A DNA stretch of 64,000 nt from Proteromonas lacertae (Eukaryota). The DNA is taken from assembly GCA_002245135.1 (NCBI GenBank), contig NGBS01000583.1, positions 1-64,000 on the forward strand, in the 5' to 3' direction. The notes beneath the pieces are model-generated. The model was not told the DNA's origin and ran no database searches. It was given only the letters and a program-made list of their open reading frames with translations. Made by a program: the position numbers and the translations under genes. Positions within the stretch are counted from its first letter, which is position 1, and every line of letters starts with the position of its first letter. Positions 55,801 through 64,000 of this stretch are shown piece by piece.

Positions 55801-58663
55801 CAATCAAATATTTATGTAATAGAGGTTTAAATGCAAAAAGAATTACATTAATTATCTCTGGTTTAGATGATAGTGATTTAAAAGAATTAGATTCTGAATG
55901 TATTAATGGAATGTATTTTACTACCACATTTACAAAAGAAATGGGTTTATCAGCAACAGCTGATGATAGTTATGGTGATGCAGCTAAAGCATTTGTAACT
56001 GCAATGACTAATGCATATGGTACAAATGTAGTGATTAATTCAGGAATGGAAGCAGGTTATACAGCTGTTAAATTATATGCAGAAGCAGCAGAAAATACTT
56101 ATTCGTATGAATCACTTCAAGTAAGATCAAAACTGTATGGTTATAGTTTTACAAGTCCATCTGGTCAATTGGAGATGAATACTAATGGATATGCTAATCG
56201 TGTTATATACTATGGTCAAATAGGTGTTAATTATGAGGTGAAAATATTAGATTTTGCATCTAAAGGAGAAGAATCTGAAGCTTATAATCAATTATTAGAA
56301 GAGAATGTTGGATATAAATGTGATTTTTCAAAGGAAGGTATAAATGAAGAAGACTTAAATAAATTCAAAATGGATAGTATGAAATTAATATTTTTACATG
56401 ATAAGAATAATAATAAAAAGGAAGTTCCTGTAATGATAGAGGAGAATAGTTTAGTTAGAGAATTGAACTATAATCAAATAAATGGTAAATATGTTGAAGA
56501 AGTTCATATATTTGCAGATAGTATTGAAGAATTTAGAAGTGAATTAGCGAAATATGAAAATGATACAGATGTAATGAGTTTTATTGGTTGTTTTAGTATT
56601 GTATGTAGAAAAGCTGGTTTAGAAATAGCAGAAAAGACTAATAAACTCTTTCTCTATTTAGGTCAAACTGAAGGAAATTATTGTTCAGAAAATATAATCA
56701 GTATAGGAACAACCCTTCATCAAAAGTTAGAAATAACAACTGATTATGCTAAGACATTGAATGTCAATAATTATTATTTTATAGGTGATAATGATGAAGT
56801 ATCACAACAGAATTATGACACTGCGGATGAGTATTTCAAATCAGAATTAGATGTGAATTTAAAACATACATTTGTAACAGATGAAACAATCACAGCAGAT
56901 ACAGTGAAAACAGTGTTTAATAAGATTTACAATATAGCTGATGGTAATAAAATTATGATATTATACTTTTTATCTGGTGATAGAGGAAAGAAATTTGTTG
57001 ATATAATGAAACAAGCATCTTCATTAACATCAGACATAATATTTGTTAATATTGCATATAGTTATTATGATTATATGGAATTTGATTTATCATTATTTGC
57101 TGGTATTTATAATCCTGTTAGTTTTAATCCATCATTAACCTCTGCATTAGCTCAATCGTTTGTTGATGATACTAAGAAGAATGTAGGTAAGAATCGTGAA
57201 GTAACTGAAGAGATAGAAAGTGTTCAAATAGCAATAACGTTATTAAAGAATGGAATAGTATTAGGAAGTGAAGGATCAGGTCAAGCTATTCCTAATTTGA
57301 AATATCTGTTAGTAAATATGATTGGAGTAGAAACAACATCTCCTTCTGGATCAATTACACTAGAAACTTCAGGTTTTGCTACAAGAAGTATGTATATAAC
57401 AGAAATCAATGATGTTGGTGAAATAGTTCAAATATATCCATATTCAGGAAGTAATTCGATTGATATTCAAGCAAAACCATATTTGAATCATTTACCATCA
57501 TTTTGCAAATTTGGAAAGAATGATGTATATTATGAATATGAGGTAGTTGGTAATGCAGTTTTTTATGTCTTAATGTCAATTGCATTATTGTGTTGTACTA
57601 TTGCATTAGTATTTATAATAATCAATCAAAACAAAGTGATAATTCGTTCTTTTGGAAGACCATATAACTACATTTTATCCATCTTTTTGTTCTTTTGTTC
57701 TTTGTCAGCAATTCCATTAGATATTCCACCAACAAGAGATAATGATATTTGTATGCTTAGACCATTATTATTAGGATTAAGTGGTAAAGGAATATTAGCA
57801 ATATTATTATCCAAAACAATGAAATTATATAAAAAGGGAGGTAAAAAAGGATATCGCATTAAAAAAGTATATATATATATTTATATTTATACATTTAATA
57901 GACTAAAATCTCTACATTAAGAGTATTAGGTTTTTTATTGCCATGTTTATTATTTGAAGTAGTACTTCATTTAATGTGGAGATATATACAGCCAAATGAA
58001 TATGAAGAAGTATATAGTCAAAAATTCAGTTCATATTTCGATAATGTGTATATTCGTGGTTGTACACCATCTACAGCATTTAGTGCTGTTGAATTTGCAA
58101 CAGATGGAATAATGGCTTTGATATTTTTATACTGTAGTTATGTTTCAAAAGACTGTGCTAATGAATTTAATGATTCTTTGAGTTTGTTTTTGACTGCTAT
58201 TATAGTCAATATCATTTTTTTGTTTTGATTTTCAAGAATTTATTAGAAATCTTTAATTTCTTCTTCTTTTTTACCTATATTATCAACAGTTTTGATAGTT
58301 TTAGATTATAATATAAACAGTGAACCACAAAGTGCATTAATATTCAGAGGAATAGGAACACAAATCGTAGTTATAATTATTGTTATATTACAGTTTGGAT
58401 ATATCTTTTTTTTATATATAAACTTATTATGATATTATTTTCTTTAATATAATTCAATGAAATTAGTGACATTAGTAATGAATGTAGATGCAGAAAAAAT
58501 AACATCTTCAGGATCATCAAATAGACTGAGTAATGTATTGAGTGGGGAAAATAATAAAAAGTCTATGATTATATCAACATCTATGATGAATAAATCAAGA
58601 CAATTCACAACTAAAACAATGTTTAGTCCTAGATCTGAATTGAAAAGAGGAGATTATAAATAA
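46805..58663 (+). CDS. Giant class C GPCR-like receptor: signal peptide, ~9 tandem type I periplasmic-binding (Venus flytrap) domains and 7TM (~3,850 aa)
   Basis: ORFs joined in frame by introns 48146-48175, 49030-49069, 50431-50472, 52069-52100 and 57867-57901; the joins near 49510 and 58206-58450 are less certain. UrtA-like YPTDYEGLECEEHIFYSG and YPSNFEGQECLENVMYCG...NQ. 7tm_3-like KVIIRSF, CMLRPLLLGL...LLSKTMKLY and EFNDS. Confidence 0.85.
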
Positions 58664-58976
58664 ATATTCTATATTTGTTATTGTTGATGTTTTAGTAAAT
58701 TACAACTTTATTATGTATAATAACACTTAAAAATCATCTTCTGCAAAAATACATCTTAATTCTTCTCCTAAAAACTAATAAACTCTTAAGTGTTGCATGA
58801 ATATTCTTTGAGATTAAACTATTCATTATACAAGTGAAAATGAATATGAGTGATGAAATTTTTAAATTATTTCAAAAAATATATTCGTTTTTATGTTAAG
58901 TGATCAATCAACGGATTGGAAGTTTGATAAGCAATGGTTTTCATTAAAAGTATAGTGGTTTTTATATTTTTAGATT

Positions 58977-60005
58977 ATGAAATCATCTATACATTTATTA
59001 TATTTTCTATTATTTACAATAATAACTGTATGGGCGTTGCCTACAGCCGTACATTTTTCTACTCAGATAAGTGAAGATGGGTCTGTTTTGATCCAGTTAA
59101 AAGGCTATGATGCTACAGGTGCAAAAGTGCGTGCTATTATAACAAGTTTACCAGAAGAAGGAATACTGTACCAAGTTTCTCAAGTCTATGCCATACATTC
59201 TTACGATCCCAAAAGTGGAGAACCAATATCATCTCTAAATACTGCTGTAAATTCTTTAGAAAATAAAATAATATATAAATATCCAACAAACAAACCAAGA
59301 CCAAATGGACGAATAGCTCGATTTTGGTACAAAATGAGAAGTGCAAATGGTGAATCTAAAGAAGCGATGGTTGATATATTGGATTCTAATAAAGCAGAAG
59401 TAGTGAGTAACTTTAATTTAAATGATGAAGGATGGACAATAATAAATAACAATAATGATGGTGTTCATTATGAACGATCAAGAAGAGGCTTATTGAATCA
59501 TTATATTTATGGTAGTGATAAATATATTGATTCTAATTCACAGGATGGATCAGAAAGAACATTTGACTCTCTATGGTATTTCCGTTCACCTGCTAAATTT
59601 GGAGGTGATTTTATATTGGCATACGGTGGATATATTGAATTCACAATATCTTCAGCTGCTGGAGATTTCAATAATTTAAATACAAATGTATATCAAGTTA
59701 GAATAATTAGCAAAACTTCAACAAGATACACAAGAGACAAAGAAGAAGTGTTGCTATATAAAGGTGATTATAATGGAAGTACAAAGAAAGTTAGAATACC
59801 TTTAACTGAACAGAATTGGAAAGTAGATACACATAATAGTAATAAACCATTAGAAGATGTTTCACTATGTCATATGGTGGAAGTATTACAGAAATTAGAT
59901 AGAATTGAGATATTAGGTGATTATACCAAGTGGTATGAAAGTATTGCATTGGATGATATATCTATAATTGCAGGGAATGGTGTACCTTCTCAATGTTTAC
60001 TATAA
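58977..60005 (+). CDS. Secreted protein with N-terminal Ig/cadherin-like segment and laminin B (domain IV)-like domain
   Basis: Signal peptide; EDGSVLIQLKGYD...ITSLPEEGILYQ; laminin-IV-like WYFRSPAKFGGDFILAYGGYIEFTI and VLQKLDRIEILG. Confidence 0.7.
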   Translation: MKSSIHLLYFLLFTIITVWALPTAVHFSTQISEDGSVLIQLKGYDATGAKVRAIITSLPEEGILYQVSQVYAIHSYDPKSGEPISSLNTAVNSLENKIIYKYPTNKPRPNGRIARFWYKMRSANGESKEAMVDILDSNKAEVVSNFNLNDEGWTIINNNNDGVHYERSRRGLLNHYIYGSDKYIDSNSQDGSERTFDSLWYFRSPAKFGGDFILAYGGYIEFTISSAAGDFNNLNTNVYQVRIISKTSTRYTRDKEEVLLYKGDYNGSTKKVRIPLTEQNWKVDTHNSNKPLEDVSLCHMVEVLQKLDRIEILGDYTKWYESIALDDISIIAGNGVPSQCLL

Positions 60006-60134
60006 ATGTTAATATTAATTAATTATGTAAATTTTGTTTTAAAATTATTATTATTATTAATTTTTGATCATGTTTTTTGAGGATGATTATTTAGTAAAAA
60101 CAAACAAAAAATACATATAAATAGTAAATTATTT

Positions 60135-60561
60135 GGTTACTTCCAACTTATATTGTTCTTTTAGAAGTAACTTAATATCAGCTTTTGTCTTCTCATTCTT
60201 TTTGATTAGTTTCTGCTTCATTTCCTCCAGATACATATTTCTTTTTTTCAATTTATTTCTCTATTCATTAGATAAAAACATATATATATACTTCATCCTC
60301 CAATTTCCGAATTAATTCTTGCTGTCTATCGCTATAGTTGTGTGTTTGATTATTTATGTATTGAAAAGTATAAGGATTTGTATTTTGATATTTAGCGAGA
60401 GGCAAAGTTTCTATGTACTTCTCTGCACTAATATCCGAAGGACATATAAACTCATAGTCATCCAGATGTAACCTCACTACTATAGGCTCATGTATTTCTG
60501 GAATATGTTCTATAGGTTGTCCTAACTGATACATCTCATTCTGACAACAATTCATTTTCAA
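60135..60561 (-). CDS. Small hypothetical protein with coiled-coil C-terminus
   Basis: 97-aa ORF followed by a GTATATAT intron and a K/E-rich exon. No family recognised. Confidence 0.45.
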
Positions 60562-60620
60562 AAAATCAAAAAACTTACCTCAAGCTTTGTGCTTGAAGAA
60601 ATAATTTTGATAATTGTTGT

Positions 60621-61840
60621 ATGTCTGTTTTTAGTCCTATTGAAGAGGCTTTAGAAGATTTTAAATCTGGAAATTTTTTAATCGTTCTTGTATTTATATA
60701 AATGTTGAATGTGTGTGATAATAATAGGATGATGAAGATCGAGAAAATGAAGGAGACCTTATAATAGCTGCTGAGAAAGTCACTGAAGAAGCAATTGCAT
60801 TTATAATTCGTTATACAGGAGGAGTGATATGTGCCCCAACAACTGAAGCTAGATTGAATGAATTAGAGTATGTTTATTATATTTATATTTTTATGTTGCA
60901 GTTTACCACCAATGGTACAGAATAATACAGATCCAAAGAAGACTGCTTTCACTGTTAGTGTTGATTGTAGTGTTGGAACAACAACTGGTATATCTGCTCA
61001 CGATAGAGCAATAACAATTCGTTCAATAGCTGATCCAAGTGTAGGACCTTCAGCTTTTCATCGTCCAGGACATGTTTTTCCGCTATGTTATCATCCTGGT
61101 GGTGTATTGAAAAGATGTGGTCATACTGAAGCTGCTGTTGATTTAGCACGTTTATCAGGATTGTATCCAGCTGGCTGTTTAAGTGAAATAATGTTAGACA
61201 ATGGTAAAATGGCAAGATTACCAGAATTAACAGTATAATAATATAAATAATTATTAAATATTTCTTGTAGCAATTTTCAAAAGAACATGGAATAAAAATG
61301 ATTTCAATAGCTGACTTAATTCGTTATAGATATAGTAGAGAGACTTTAATCTATCAACCAAAACAAAATAATGAAGATAGCATAATAACAAACTACCCTG
61401 TTGATACACCATATGGTAAATTTACCTGTTATACATTCCAATCAGTAATTGATGGTATAAATCACATCGCATTAGTATATGGAGATTGTAGTAAAGACAA
61501 TACAATGGTAAGAGTTCAACATGAATGTCCACTTGGTGATCTTGTTGAGTCTAAAGAGTGTAATTGTGCAACTCATAAAAAGAAAGCATTAGAAATGATT
61601 GTGAAGAATGGAAATGGCGTTTTTATATCTCTAAGAGGAGTTAATGATTATTCTACTCCATGTTGTAATACTTCTTCCAATAATTCTGAATTTCATAAAG
61701 TTATTGAAAATGGATTAGGATGTCAAATATTAGCAGCATTACATGTTAAGAAAATGATTGTTTTATCTTCATCAAGTGAAAATCGATACACTGGTGTTGA
61801 CGGATATGGATTGACTATTGTGAAAATTGAACCATTATAA
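60621..61840 (+). CDS. ribBA: Fused DHBP synthase (RibB) and GTP cyclohydrolase II-like (RibA) domain
   Basis: [49 protein letters not shown] and GHTEAAVDL, then [11 protein letters not shown]...ECNC. Three short introns. Confidence 0.9.
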
Positions 61841-61934
61841 TGAGTGACTCTCTTTTTTTAAATAATTTTTGATCTGTTTTGTACATTTGTTTTGTATTTC
61901 TAAAACAAACACAATTTAATCAAATAATATTATA

Positions 61935-62234
61935 TTACGTAGAATAACGTTGAAAAGACCATTCTTTTTTATCTAAAGGACAAGTTGCCTCTCTCTTTAT
62001 CCAACGTGAAATGCAATGAAAGTGAAAAGCATGATTACATGCACCCCACGCGATCTATAGTGATCAAATAAATATATATACGGTGCATTCTCCTGTAGAC
62101 TCTGACACTTGGCAATCTAAGCAAGGTTGCTGCAAATCGTTCCTACAAATAGCACATGTTACACTTTGTATATTATATGACCATAATGTAATAGCATTCC
62201 ATGTTGATACTTGAATAATTTTATTATCTGACAT
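61935..62234 (-). CDS. RBX1: RING-box protein (Rbx1/Roc1), 90 aa; absent from the ORF track
   Basis: [31 protein letters not shown], then intron 62055-62081, then [32 protein letters not shown]. Confidence 0.92.
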
Positions 62235-62353
62235 ATATGATCCTATAAATCAAAATTTTAAAAATATTTTGAAAAATATATTCGTTACAGAGTGAATAAA
62301 AAATCAATTTATCAACTTATTAATAACAAATAAATAATATAACAATAATATAA

Positions 62354-63706
62354 TTATAATATAGATTCTATTTGTTGATATTCCTTCTTTTGGAATGAGT
62401 TCTTCTTCACTACCATCATAATCTCATTATAAGAAACAAATATTGCTTCATACAATGATTCACTAATCTTAGCATCTCTCAATTTAGAGTGTAACAAATT
62501 AATTAGAATATTTATTCTCTTAAATTGGTTTATTCTCTTATTTAAACATTCTAATAACATATTAACAATAGTGTTATCAATTGAGAATAGCATTACTCTA
62601 TACAATAAAATAAGGTGATATAAAGTAGATTTCAATTCATCAAATATCTCAGTAATATCTTTTTCTCCTGAACTTATCATTCCTGCGCTTTGAATTGATT
62701 CAACAGGTGATAATACTATTGGTAAACATTCAATTAAATTATTCAAATATTGGTTAAAAGAATTTGGATAATTCTTTGGTTTTTCTTGCAACAATGGAGA
62801 TATAATATGTAATGAACAAACCATATAATTTTCATCATCAGTATTACAGCCATACTATTCATATTAATACATATATATATATATACATTAACAAGCGATT
62901 GAACAATTGATATAATATCTTTATTATTTGGATTATTTAAATCATATTTTGTATTACTAAACTGGTTATTTACACCATCCATTAGCATCATTAATGAACG
63001 CATATAATTCTCCATTGCTTCATACTATTATATATATATTATTAATATACTGATGGTTGTTCTTCAGTCTTACACCAATTTTCAAACCTTTCACTCATAT
63101 AATGAAGTATATTTACATCATTTAATCTTGGCATCATTTCCATTGGTTGATAATGTAATAGTGATAAAACAAAATATGAACATTCATCTATTAATTCAGA
63201 TATTAATGAATTATTGATAATCCACAACAGCTTATTCAGAAATTCATTTTCACAGAATAATATCATGTATTTTACCCCATGATCTTTATTAATCTTCTCC
63301 AGCAGAATTGAAAACAGCTTAAACAGCTGAATCAATATTTGGGGAATATTACAACTCAAAGCAAGTGTATGTAACTGTTGGTAAAATTCATCTTGGCAAA
63401 ATATAGCATTAACTGCATTCATATCATATGCACATATGTTACACAAAATACCTAAATATATCTATGATTAAAGTAGTAGAGTGAATATACTTCCTTCTTT
63501 CTATTATCACTATCATTCAATCCATTACAAACATAATTTAATATATTGTTATGCAAAAAATTTCTGATTTAATATATCAACAATGAGTTATACTGAATAT
63601 TCTTGTTATCGTTACTGTATTCCCACAGCATAAGCCCAATAGTCTCTAGACTATTAGATTTAGGTTCTGCTGTTGAGAATTTCTTCAGCAATTCTCCTAT
63701 GTCCAT
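62354..63706 (-). CDS. Hypothetical helical (possibly ARM/HEAT-like) protein, multi-exon
   Basis: Three collinear minus-strand ORFs separated by short intron-like gaps; Leu-rich amphipathic helices; probable ATG at 63706. Confidence 0.5.
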
Positions 63707-64000
63707 TAAAAATTAAAGAAATTAAATCCCAAATATTTATTCGTTTTTTTATGAGGTTTGAGAGTTTGTCAATAAAAAGTAACGGATTAATTTTTAGAAA
63801 AACATAAAATATAAAATACGCAAGATCTGTTAAAATAAAAAGAATAGAAATAAAAAAACTACTAAAATTGCTTTTATTTACCCAATAACAATTAAAAATG
63901 CGTTATAAACAAGATTTATTGAATTTAATATTTGGAATAGTCAGGTTTTCTTACTGCCCAACGATAACTATCATGATAGCCAGGCATTTCTAATCCTAAA

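Noticed and set aside
58660..58700. Polyadenylation-created stop codons with a Blastocystis-type TGTTTGTT signal
   Set aside because: Genes here have genomic stop codons and only loose TTGTT-like tracts downstream, so this cannot be supported without transcripts.

Overview
Very AT-rich, gene-dense eukaryotic DNA with tiny GT-AG introns (about 23-42 nt, donors mostly GTATA) and very short intergenic gaps. This resembles Blastocystis-like stramenopile gut protists, but the organism is my inference. Positions 1-41314 form one giant inverted duplication with arms of about 20.5 kb and a 219-bp spacer at 20542-20760. Each arm carries an ankyrin/pseudokinase gene, a gene with H2A-like and H2B-like folds plus a SUMO-like domain, a pseudokinase-LRR gene, an IQ-motif protein, a LamG-like membrane protein, a decayed hAT transposon with an 8-bp TSD, a Memo-family pseudogene and a two-HMG-box gene. 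The outer left arm is rich in indels, so the palindrome may be partly or wholly an assembly artefact. The single-copy part holds a stomatin-like (SLP-2) gene interrupted by an apparently intact pogo transposon, a Gep4/YqeG-like phosphatase, a laminin-B-like secreted protein, a RibB-RibA fusion with a degenerate cyclohydrolase half, Rbx1 and two unknown genes. It also holds the most striking locus: a ~3,850-aa class C GPCR-like receptor with about nine tandem UrtA/AmiC-type Venus-flytrap domains. All domain calls come from reading motifs by eye; no searches were run.
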